Assembly: GCA_963702425.1 (NCBI GenBank)
Contig: CAVPCQ010000041.1
Location: forward strand, 1-38,780
Source: an uncultured Acidobacteriota bacterium
GTDB taxonomy: Bacteria > Acidobacteriota > Polarisedimenticolia > J045
DNA length: 38,780 nucleotides
Direction of reading: 5' to 3'
Part shown: in pieces, positions 1-7,574 of the stretch
How the letters are laid out: each line of letters opens with the position of its first letter
Numbering within the stretch: the stretch's first letter is position 1
The notes under the pieces: generated by a model
The model's database searches: none
What the model was told of the DNA's origin: nothing
The model's input: the letters and a program-made list of their open reading frames with translations, nothing else
Made by a program: the position numbers and the translations under genes

Positions 1-64
1 GCATGCCCACAGGATACCGTCCCTGCGCGCCCACGGGGCGCTCCGCGGCGAGCGGGAGCGTCGG

Positions 65-964
65 TCAGCGCACCTGGGGCGTCGAGCGCGCCCCCGTCGG
101 CGCAGCGAACGGAGCGACCGCATCGACCAGGCAATACGCGATCGGCCGGCCCCCTTCCGTGGCGGGCGTGTATTGCCGGCCTTCCAGCGTCATCGCCAGC
201 GCGCGCGCCACCTCGGCGGCGTTCATCCGATCGACCATGAGGAGGGGATCGCGGATCGCACCGCTCTCCGTGACCACCAGCCGCACCAGTCCCCGGCCGG
301 AGACTTTGACGTTCACGTAGCGGTGCGTGCCGGGCTTGGCCTGCGTCGGGTTGCTCACCAGGGCGGGGGGGACGACGCCGGAGCGGGCGTTCGCCGCGCA
401 CGGTCCGGCCGACTCGGCGAGCAGGCCGAAGGGGCCGCAGGGACCGGCGGTGAGGAGCGCCACGACGCGCCCCTTGTCGCTCTCGGCGACGAGGAAGGCG
501 CGGGTCTCGCCGTCGCTCAGCTCGACCAGCGCATTCGTGTCGGCGGTCTCGACCTTGACCGCGTGGCGGCTCGGATCGCTGCCGGGGCCGCCGTGGACGC
601 TGATCCGCCGCCCCGACGGGGATGGGACGTCGCCGTGGAAGTTGAGCTCATCCCCCGGCGCGGTGGTGAGCAGGTAGCCCCAGGCCATCCCGCTGGCCTG
701 TTTCCCGCCGAAGCGCGCCGCCAGCCGCGCCAGGCCGTCGGCGTCGAGCGCCGCGCTGCCGAGCGCGACCACCGGGGGGCCGGCCGTCTCGATCGGGCCG
801 GCCGGCGTGATCTCCAGGAACCGCAGCTCGTAGGCGCGCATGTCCTCGTCCGGACAGACCGCGCCGGGACCGGCCACGGCCGTGCCCGCCACTGCCAGCG
901 CAAACGCCAGCACGCACAGGACACGAAGTCGACCACCCCCGCGGAGCACGCTGCCGTGCTGCAT
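65..964 (-). CDS. Secreted protein with C-terminal TonB-C-like domain
   Basis: ATG at 964 follows a GAGGAG RBS. Signal-peptide-like N-terminus (RLRVLCVLAFALAVAGTAVA). The C-terminus (VVPPALV...GLVRLVVTESGAI...RQYTPATEGGRPIAY) resembles TonB C-terminal domains. Confidence 0.6.
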   Translation of the reverse strand: MQHGSVLRGGGRLRVLCVLAFALAVAGTAVAGPGAVCPDEDMRAYELRFLEITPAGPIETAGPPVVALGSAALDADGLARLAARFGGKQASGMAWGYLLTTAPGDELNFHGDVPSPSGRRISVHGGPGSDPSRHAVKVETADTNALVELSDGETRAFLVAESDKGRVVALLTAGPCGPFGLLAESAGPCAANARSGVVPPALVSNPTQAKPGTHRYVNVKVSGRGLVRLVVTESGAIRDPLLMVDRMNAAEVARALAMTLEGRQYTPATEGGRPIAYCLVDAVAPFAAPTGARSTPQVR

Positions 965-1121
965 GAGATCTCCTCGCCCGAAGCCGACTCGTCGAGGGCG
1001 GCGGACGCGCCACTCGGGCCGCCGGGCGGCTCGGGCCGGGAACGCCGTGACAACCCGCCCCCGGGCCCGACGACCGCTTTCATGATAACCCCACGGCAAG
1101 TAAACGGGAATCGCTCGCGCG

Positions 1122-2105
1122 CTAGCCCGCCTGCCGCGGCGCCGCGTTGAGCGGCATGTGCCGCATGTGGTCGGTCGTGCGGTTCTTGGTGGTGAGATCG
1201 CGGTAGGCGCGCGTCACCTGCTCGGCCGTCAGCCCGACCACCGGCGCGGCCTGCTCGGCCGGCACGCCGTGCTCCCAGGCGTAGAGCATCAGGTCGAGCA
1301 GCGGGAAGGGGAGCGAGAAGAAGAACTCCTCCTGCGTCTGCGCCGCGGAGTAGGTGTCGGACGACGGCGGGCGGGCGGTGATCCCCTGCGGCACCCCGAG
1401 GTAGTCGGCCAGCGCGTAGACCTGCGTCTTGTAGAGGTGCTGGATCGGCTTGAGGTCGACCGCGATGTCGCCGTGCTTGACGATGAACCCGACGACCCAC
1501 TCGTTGCGGTTGCAGGTGCCGATGACGGCGCGGTTGAGCGCCTCGGCCCAGTAGTAGAGCGTCGCCGTGCGCGAGCGCTGCTTCAGGTTCGTCGCGGCGA
1601 CGATCTGCAGCAGCTCCTTCGGCCCCAGACGCTCGGTCGCCACGCGTCCGTCCGCGAACTCGACCGTCAGCAGGAAGTAGTTCAGCCGGTCCTCATCGAG
1701 GACCCCGGGGGGCAGGTGGATCTTGAAGCGGTCGCGATCGGGGTCGAAGGCCGGAAAGACGCGCCGGACGGCGTCGGTCTGGTGGCGGTAGCAACCGAGT
1801 CCCTCGAGCGCCGGCGTGACGTCCTCCTTGATCATCTCGATCCCGAGCTTCGCTCCCAGCTCGCGCGCCAGGGCTTCCGATTCGGGGTTGGAGTGCCGGT
1901 CGGGCATCATCACGCCGAGCACCTTCTGCGGGCCCAGGGCGCGCGCAGCCAGGCACAGCACGACCGCGGAGTCCACGCCGCCGGAGACGCCCACCACGCC
2001 TCCCGCGCGCTTGAGATCACCGCGCACCTGTTTGACGATGACCTGGCAGAGCCGCTCCGTTTCGGCGGCGGGGTCGATCCTGATCGCGTCGGGCGACAAC
2101 GGCAT
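1122..2105 (-). CDS. nadE: NH3-dependent NAD(+) synthase family protein, probably a polysaccharide-locus paralogue
   Basis: PP-loop GVSGGVDS plus TNLKQRSR, GTCNRNE and GFIVKHGD..DLKPIQHLYKTQV; no glutaminase domain. Confidence 0.85.
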   Translation of the reverse strand: MPLSPDAIRIDPAAETERLCQVIVKQVRGDLKRAGGVVGVSGGVDSAVVLCLAARALGPQKVLGVMMPDRHSNPESEALARELGAKLGIEMIKEDVTPALEGLGCYRHQTDAVRRVFPAFDPDRDRFKIHLPPGVLDEDRLNYFLLTVEFADGRVATERLGPKELLQIVAATNLKQRSRTATLYYWAEALNRAVIGTCNRNEWVVGFIVKHGDIAVDLKPIQHLYKTQVYALADYLGVPQGITARPPSSDTYSAAQTQEEFFFSLPFPLLDLMLYAWEHGVPAEQAAPVVGLTAEQVTRAYRDLTTKNRTTDHMRHMPLNAAPRQAG

Positions 2106-2133
2106 TTCGCGTCTCCTGTGGCCGGGCGAAGGG

Positions 2134-3681
2134 TCAGGCCTGCTCGCGCAGCGCCTGCTTCATGATCTTGCCGGACTCGTTCTTGGGAAGGTCCTCGCGG
2201 ACCGCGTACTGGCCGGGAAGCTTGTAGGGCGGCAGCCGCCTGCCGAGGAACAGCTTGAGCGCCTCGAGGTCGGGCGTCGTGCCGGGCCGGAAGACGACGA
2301 AGGCTTTGATCGCCTCGCCGAGGATCTCGTCCGGTACGCCGATCACCGCCGCCTCGTGGACCTCGGGGAACTCCAGCATCGCGTCCTCGATCTCCTTGGG
2401 CGAGATCCGGTGTGCGCCCGCCTTGATCATGTCCTTGCTGCGGCCGACGACCCAGAAGAAGCCGTCGGCGTCGCGCCGGCCGAGGTCGCCGGTATGGTAG
2501 CCGGCGCGGTCGAGGACCTTCGCCGTCTCCCCGGGGTCGCCCCAGTAGCCGCTCATGATGTTCGAGCCGCGGGCGCAGATCTCGCCGACCTCGTCGACCT
2601 CGCACTCGCGGCCGTCCTCGGCGCGCACCGTCAGCTCGACGTTCGGGATCGCGCGGCCGATCGAGCCCAGCTTCTCCGCCAGGCGGTCGGGATCGAGCCA
2701 CGACAGCCGCGCGCCGGCCTCAGTCGCGCCGTACATCACGAAGATCCGCTTGCCGGGGAGCGCCGCGACCAGGCGCCGGGTCAGCTCCGGGCTCATCCCG
2801 CCGCCGGCCTGTGTCACGTAGCGCAGCGCGGGGAGCCGGCGCCCAGCGAGGTTGGAGCGGTTGAGCAGGATCGCGAAGGTCGACGGGACCCCCGACAGCC
2901 CGGTGCAGGCCTCGTCCTCGAGCGTGTCGAGCGCGGTGTTCGGGAACAGGAACCGGTTCTCGATCGCGACGCAGCCCCCGGCCAGCGCGTGCGTGTTGAG
3001 CAGCGACTTGCCGTAGACGTAGTAGAAGGGGAGCACGTCGAGAACCTTGTCCTCCGCCGTCAGCCCGAGGTAGCTCACGATCGAGCGCGTGTTGGCGACC
3101 AGGTTCAGGTGCGAGAGGACCGCACCGCGCGGCCGCCCGGTGCTGCCCGAGGTGTAGATGATCGAGGCGACGTCGAGGTCGACGAGCCCGGCGTCGGGCC
3201 GCTCCGCGCGCTCTGCCGCCGCGGCGTCGGCCAGGGGCAGGGCGTGGATGTGCGCCGGCACCGGCTCGATGCGCGCGGTGTCGGGGACCAGGAGCAGGCC
3301 GAGGTCGGGCAGCGCGCCGATCGCCTGGGAGACCGCCTTCTCGAAGCGCGGGCCGGCGATCAGTGCGCGCGCGCCGCAGTCCTCGAGGAAGCCGCGCAGC
3401 GTCGGGCCGTCGGCGGCCGTGTTGAGCGGCACCGCGATCGCGCCCGATTTCAGGATCCCGTAATACGCCTCGACGTAGGTCCGCGAGTTGTGCGCCAGCA
3501 GGCCGACCCGCTCGCCGCGCCCGATCCGGTGCCCCCGCAGCAGGCGCGCGATCCGGTTGGCGCCGGCCTCGACCTCGCCGTAGGTCGTCGTCGTCCCTTC
3601 CTGGACCAGGAACGGGGCCTCGGGGCGTCGCTCGGCTGCGCGCTCGACGAACTGGTGGACCAGCCACGGCTCGCCGGTCAC
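2134..3681 (-). CDS. AMP-forming acyl-CoA/acyl-ACP ligase (class I adenylate-forming enzyme)
   Basis: Adenylation motifs IIYTSGSTGRPRG, YGATE, TGDLG, GRSKDMIK and LPKNESGKI. GTG start overlaps the ACP stop (GTGA). Confidence 0.9.
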   Translation of the reverse strand: MTGEPWLVHQFVERAAERRPEAPFLVQEGTTTTYGEVEAGANRIARLLRGHRIGRGERVGLLAHNSRTYVEAYYGILKSGAIAVPLNTAADGPTLRGFLEDCGARALIAGPRFEKAVSQAIGALPDLGLLLVPDTARIEPVPAHIHALPLADAAAAERAERPDAGLVDLDVASIIYTSGSTGRPRGAVLSHLNLVANTRSIVSYLGLTAEDKVLDVLPFYYVYGKSLLNTHALAGGCVAIENRFLFPNTALDTLEDEACTGLSGVPSTFAILLNRSNLAGRRLPALRYVTQAGGGMSPELTRRLVAALPGKRIFVMYGATEAGARLSWLDPDRLAEKLGSIGRAIPNVELTVRAEDGRECEVDEVGEICARGSNIMSGYWGDPGETAKVLDRAGYHTGDLGRRDADGFFWVVGRSKDMIKAGAHRISPKEIEDAMLEFPEVHEAAVIGVPDEILGEAIKAFVVFRPGTTPDLEALKLFLGRRLPPYKLPGQYAVREDLPKNESGKIMKQALREQA

Positions 3682-3932
3682 GAGCCCTCCGCGCGGCGCG
3701 CCACGAGCGCGGTGAGCGCGCCGAGCGTGCCGAAGTTCTCCGCCGTCAGGTCCGCGCCGTCGAGCCGCAGCTCGAGCCGCGCCTCGAGTTCCGCGACGAG
3801 GGTCAGCACGCCTACCGAGTCGAGGCCGGCCTCGACCAGCGGACGCTCATCGGCCCAGTCCGGCGGCAGGCCGCCCGGCAGCACCTCGCGCAGCAGCGCG
3901 GCCAGCGCGTCGCGTCTCGCTGGGCCGCTCAC
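3678..3932 (-). CDS. Acyl carrier protein (84 aa)
   Basis: 3' part of ORF 3678..4250. GLDSVG phosphopantetheine-attachment motif and LTAENFGTL tail. GTG at 3932 overlaps the phosphomannomutase stop. Confidence 0.85.
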   Translation of the reverse strand: MSGPARRDALAALLREVLPGGLPPDWADERPLVEAGLDSVGVLTLVAELEARLELRLDGADLTAENFGTLGALTALVARRAEGS

Positions 3933-5263
3933 GCCGCCCCCTTCACGGCCGCCATGACCTGCTCGCGCCGGCGCTCCATGGTGGCGACGTCGTTCCCCTC
4001 GATCACCAGCCGCAGCAGCGGCTCGGTGTTCGACGGCCGGGCGTTGAACCACCAGTCGTCGAAGGCGACCTTCAGCCCGTCGAGCCGGGAGACGTCGCCG
4101 CCGGGGAAGGCCGCCTGGAGCCGCTCGAGCACCGGCGCGACCGCCGGCACGCGGACGTTGATCTCGCCGCTCTGTGCGTAGCGCCGGAGCGGCCGCATCG
4201 CCTCCGAGAGCGTCGTGCCCCGCCGGTCGAGCAGGTTCACGATCGCGCACAGGGCGCGCAGCGTGTTCTCGGCGAAGGAGGGTGCGTCGAAGTAGTAGTG
4301 CCCCGACAGCTCCCCCCCGAACGCGCCGCCGAGCTCGGCCAGCGTGCGCTTCATGTAGGCGTGACCGACGCGGCTTTCGACCGCCCGCCCCCCGCCGCGC
4401 TCGATCTCCTCCGCCACCGCGCGCGAGGAGCGCACGTCGTAGAGGATCGTCGCCCCCGGCCGGTGGGCCAGGACGTCCTGGGCCATCAGGGCGGTCGCCA
4501 GGTCGGCCGGAACGATCTCCCCGGTCTCGTCGACGAACACGCAGCGGTCGGCGTCGCCGTCGAGCGCCAGCCCCAGGTCGGCCCGCTCGGCGACCACCGT
4601 CCGGCGCAGGTCGTCGAGCGTGGCGAAGTCGAGCGGGTTCGGGTGGTGGTGCGGAAACCGGTCGTCCGGCTCGAAGTAGAGCGGAACGATCGCGAGCGGC
4701 GTGTCGCGCCGCATCAGCTCCGCGTAGTCGGGGCCGCCGATGCCGTTGCCGGCGTCGACGACGACCCGGACCGGGCGCCGGACCTCGAGTGCGCGGAGCG
4801 AGGCCTCGACGAACGCGGCGCGCGGGGCGGCCTCGACGACGCGCCCGTGCCGCGCCGCGGCCGGAAAAGCGCTCTGCTCGACGAGCCTCCGGATCTCGAA
4901 CAGGCCGGAAGCGCCGCCGATCGGCAGCGCGCCAGGGCCGCAGATCTTCATCCCGTTGTCGGGCAGCGGGTTGTGCGACGCGGTGACGACGATCGAGGCG
5001 TCGAACTCGCGCCCGGCGAAGTAGACCAACGGCGAGGAGGCGAGGCCGATGAAAGTGACGTCGACTCCCTGCGCCGCGAGCCCCTCGACCAGCGCCGCCG
5101 CCAGCGGCGGGGACGATCCGCGCATGTCGTGGCCGACCAGCGCCCCCGCCGGGCGCAGGTGGACCGCGATCGCGCGGCCGATCGCCTCGGCGATCCGCTC
5201 GTCGAGAGCGTCGGGGTAGGCCCCGCGTACGTCGTAGGCCTTGAAGATCTCGGCGAGCGTCAT
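3929..5263 (-). CDS. Phosphomannomutase/phosphoglucomutase
   Basis: IFKAYDVRG, VTASHNP (phospho-Ser), DGDADR metal loop, GGELSGHYY and RPSNTEP. Confidence 0.93.
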   Translation of the reverse strand: MTLAEIFKAYDVRGAYPDALDERIAEAIGRAIAVHLRPAGALVGHDMRGSSPPLAAALVEGLAAQGVDVTFIGLASSPLVYFAGREFDASIVVTASHNPLPDNGMKICGPGALPIGGASGLFEIRRLVEQSAFPAAARHGRVVEAAPRAAFVEASLRALEVRRPVRVVVDAGNGIGGPDYAELMRRDTPLAIVPLYFEPDDRFPHHHPNPLDFATLDDLRRTVVAERADLGLALDGDADRCVFVDETGEIVPADLATALMAQDVLAHRPGATILYDVRSSRAVAEEIERGGGRAVESRVGHAYMKRTLAELGGAFGGELSGHYYFDAPSFAENTLRALCAIVNLLDRRGTTLSEAMRPLRRYAQSGEINVRVPAVAPVLERLQAAFPGGDVSRLDGLKVAFDDWWFNARPSNTEPLLRLVIEGNDVATMERRREQVMAAVKGAA

Positions 5264-5324
5264 CCCGTCTCCACGTCGAGGGACTCCATCGGGAGATGCC
5301 GTGGCCGGCGCCCTGGTCCGCGCA

Positions 5325-5705
5325 TCACCGTGCGTCCCGCTCCGGCCGCCCGAAATCGTCCGCCAGCCGGACGACGTCTTCCAGCTCGGGCGTGCTGACC
5401 TCGATGAACTCGGCCTCCTCGAGCGCCTCCACCCGGTGCACGGTTCCCGGCCGCACGTGGATCACGGCTCCCGGCCCGATCTCGGTCTCGCGCTCCGCCA
5501 GGGTGACCCTCGCGCGACCCCGGACGAAGAGCCACGCCTCCTCCTTGCGCTCGTGGTACTGCAGCGAGAAGCGCTTCCCGGCGAAGACGACCAGGCGCTT
5601 CATCACGATCCGCTCGCCCACGACGAGCCAATCCTCCCGTCCCCAGGGCTTGGCGACCACGCGGACCTCCGGGAAAGGTGTCGGCTCCAGCGAACCCATG
5701 GCCAT
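5325..5705 (-). CDS. Cupin domain protein (mannose-6-phosphate isomerase type II C-terminal-like)
   Basis: KPWG...SLQYHERKEEAW...PGTVHRV...EVSTPELEDVVRLADDFGR. ATG at 5705 follows GGAGAGGAGA. Confidence 0.85.
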   Translation of the reverse strand: MAMGSLEPTPFPEVRVVAKPWGREDWLVVGERIVMKRLVVFAGKRFSLQYHERKEEAWLFVRGRARVTLAERETEIGPGAVIHVRPGTVHRVEALEEAEFIEVSTPELEDVVRLADDFGRPERDAR

Positions 5706-5774
5706 CGGCCTCTCCTCTCCCGCGGCCCTCACGGCCGGGCTGATTTCATTCGATCCGAGGGTTCGACCGCCGCG

Positions 5775-5798
5775 GTCACCCGGAAACGGAATCGTCAT
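5775..5798 (+). promoter_or_regulatory. Candidate upstream activator sequence (UAS) for the sigma54 promoter at 5914
   Basis: GTCACCCGGAAACGGAATCGTCAT aligns with 7369-7393. The ACGGAAT core lies 128 bp upstream of the -24 element. Confidence 0.5.
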
Positions 5799-5913
5799 GC
5801 GGGCGCCGAATTTGGGCGGCCCGAAGGTACGAGAAGCGCCTGGGGCGCGCCACCTGGCGAGTTAAGTCTAGCAAGAAAGGCAGGTTCAGAGCACGCCCAC
5901 GAGAAACCTCGGG

Positions 5914-5929
5914 TGGCACGGGCCTTGAT
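5914..5929 (+). promoter_or_regulatory. Sigma54 (-24/-12) promoter, variant -12
   Basis: TGGCACG-GGCC-TTGAT has a perfect -24 box and correct GG-N10 spacing, with GA instead of GC at -12. It is about 70 bp upstream of ATG 6000, and a sigma54 activator lies in the same cluster. Confidence 0.6.
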
Positions 5930-5999
5930 ACAGCAACGCTGTCGAGGCGGCTTGTCTCGGGGGACGGCCGGCCCGCACTTGGGGTCCGAGAGGGAAACG

Positions 6000-7313
6000 A
6001 TGAGAAGGTTGGTCACGACCCTGGCAGTCCTGCTCGCGGCAACGGGGTGGCTGTACGCCGGCACGATGGGGATCGCGTGGGACCCCGTCTCCGATGGCGA
6101 TCTCGCCGGCTACAAGGTCTATTACGGCACCACTCCCGGCAATTATCCCCTCAGCAGGGACGTCGGGAACACGACCTCGACGACCCTCACGGGCCTCGAT
6201 CCCTGCACCCGCTACTACGTGGCGGTGAAGGCGTATGACACCGGCGGACTCGAATCGACGTCCTATTCGAACGAGATCGCCGGGCTACCGCGCCCGGTGG
6301 TGAACACCGTAACGCCGTCCTCCGGCGAACAGGGCGCGACGCTGACGCTGACGCTGGGCGGTGAGTCCTACGACACCGGCGCCACGGTGGAGTTCTCCGG
6401 GAGCGGGATCACGGTCCTCGCCGTGCGACGGAACTCCTGCACGCAGCTCTCGGTGGACATCCAGATCGCCGCCGCGGCGCCGACCGGTGCACGCGACGTC
6501 ACCGTGATGAACGTCGATCGTTCCTACGGCACGAGGACCGGCGGCTTCACCGTGACCACGAACGCCGCGCCGACCGTCGCCTCGACCAACCCGACGGCGG
6601 GCGCGACCAACATCGCGGTGACCGTCCGGCCCACGGTGACCTTCAGCGAGCGGATGGACCCGGCGTCGATCACCACGTCGACCGTACGCCTGCTCGACTC
6701 GACCGGTGCCGCAGCGTCGCAGGCGGCCGGCTCGCCGAGCCTCTCGGGCGACGGCCTGACCGCGACGATCACCCCGTCCAGCAACCTCGGCTACTCGAGG
6801 ACCTACCGCGTCAACGTCATCGGTGGGGCCTCGGGCGTGAAGGACAGCACCGGCAAGACGATGGCCTCCGACTACACGCAGAGCCCGGGGTTCACGACGG
6901 CTGCCGCACCCGACACCACGGCGCCTACGGTCAGCGGCACCAACCCCGCCGATGGCGCGACCAATGTCGTGGTCACCGTCCGGCCGCAGGTCATCTTCAG
7001 CGAGGCGATGGACGCGGCGACGATCACGACCAGCACGGTGCAGCTGCTCAACTCCTCCGGAACTCCGGTGGCGCAGGCGGCAGGTTCGCCGGCCCTGTCG
7101 GCCGACGGCCTGACGGCGACGATCACGCCGGCTGCCTCTCTGCTGGAGACGTCGACCTACAGGATCCGCGTCGTCGGTGGCAGCACCGATCCCCGTGCGA
7201 AGGATCGGGCCGGCAACCCGCTCGCGAGCACTTACACGCAGGGGACGGGCTTCACGACCGAGAACCTGCCGCCGCGGGCGCCGACCAACAACCGCCGCTC
7301 GGACACCAGGTAG
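6000..7313 (+). CDS. Secreted fibronectin type III + IPT/Ig + 2x bacterial Ig-like (Big_5-type) domain protein
   Basis: Signal peptide MRRLVTTLAVLLAATGWLYA. FN3 (WDPV..DLAGYKVYYG...YYVAVKAYD), an IPT-like domain and two APTV..TNP..GATN...TFSE.MD repeats. ATG at 6000 follows GAGAGGG. Confidence 0.85.
   Translation: MRRLVTTLAVLLAATGWLYAGTMGIAWDPVSDGDLAGYKVYYGTTPGNYPLSRDVGNTTSTTLTGLDPCTRYYVAVKAYDTGGLESTSYSNEIAGLPRPVVNTVTPSSGEQGATLTLTLGGESYDTGATVEFSGSGITVLAVRRNSCTQLSVDIQIAAAAPTGARDVTVMNVDRSYGTRTGGFTVTTNAAPTVASTNPTAGATNIAVTVRPTVTFSERMDPASITTSTVRLLDSTGAAASQAAGSPSLSGDGLTATITPSSNLGYSRTYRVNVIGGASGVKDSTGKTMASDYTQSPGFTTAAAPDTTAPTVSGTNPADGATNVVVTVRPQVIFSEAMDAATITTSTVQLLNSSGTPVAQAAGSPALSADGLTATITPAASLLETSTYRIRVVGGSTDPRAKDRAGNPLASTYTQGTGFTTENLPPRAPTNNRRSDTR
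6567..7259 (+). repeat. Intragenic tandem duplication of an Ig-like domain (6567-6899 and 6921-7259)
   Basis: Two ~112-aa units share long identical stretches, e.g. QAAGSP.LS.DGLTATITP and GFTT. Confidence 0.85.
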
Positions 7314-7345
7314 GCGGCGGGGCCAAGGATGGCCAGCGGGAAGGT

Positions 7346-7369
7346 CGGGGGGCGGACCGCCGCCCCCCG
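7346..7369 (+). terminator. GC-rich hairpin after the first FN3 gene (possible terminator)
   Basis: CGGGGGGCGG-ACCG-CCGCCCCCCG is a perfect 10-bp stem, but no U-tract follows. Confidence 0.4.
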
Positions 7370-7393
7370 TCACCCCGATGACGGAATTGCAAT
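7369..7393 (+). promoter_or_regulatory. Candidate UAS for the sigma54 promoter at 7510
   Basis: GTCACCCCGATGACGGAATTGCAAT. The ACGGAAT core lies 129 bp upstream of the -24 element, matching the site at 5775. Confidence 0.5.
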
Positions 7394-7437
7394 CGAGCCG
7401 GGCCGAGCTTTCGATCGGGCCCGGCTCGAGCCCTTTT
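7393..7437 (+). terminator. 12-bp inverted repeat followed by CCCTTTT (possible intrinsic terminator or protein-binding site)
   Basis: TCGAGCCGGGCC (7393-7404) pairs with GGCCCGGCTCGA (7418-7429), then GCCCTTTT. Confidence 0.45.
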
Positions 7438-7459
7438 CCGGCGGTGCAATCCGCTTGCG

Positions 7460-7472
7460 AATCAATCACTTG
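7460..7472 (+). promoter_or_regulatory. IHF-binding site
   Basis: AATCAATCACTTG is an exact match to WATCARNNNNTTR and lies between the candidate UAS and the -24/-12 element. Confidence 0.65.
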
Positions 7473-7509
7473 ACCCACGTCAGCCGGCTTCTCCATGGGA
7501 CGCCACGCA

Positions 7510-7525
7510 TGGAACGGCGATTGCA
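7510..7525 (+). promoter_or_regulatory. Sigma54 (-24/-12) promoter
   Basis: TGGAACG-GCGA-TTGCA has GG-N10-GC and one mismatch to TGGCACGNNNNTTGCW. It is 50 bp upstream of ATG 7575. Confidence 0.75.
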
Positions 7526-7574
7526 CAACCGCAATGGAAGCCCTCGGGTCGCGGGGATCGGTACGGGGTATGGC

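Noticed and set aside
5241-5999. N-terminal extensions in the ORF track (e.g. 5241, 7329, 9349, 21008, 22822, 29162, 29656)
   Set aside because: They overlap neighbouring genes or promoters. Downstream starts with an RBS, signal peptide or family N-terminus fit better.
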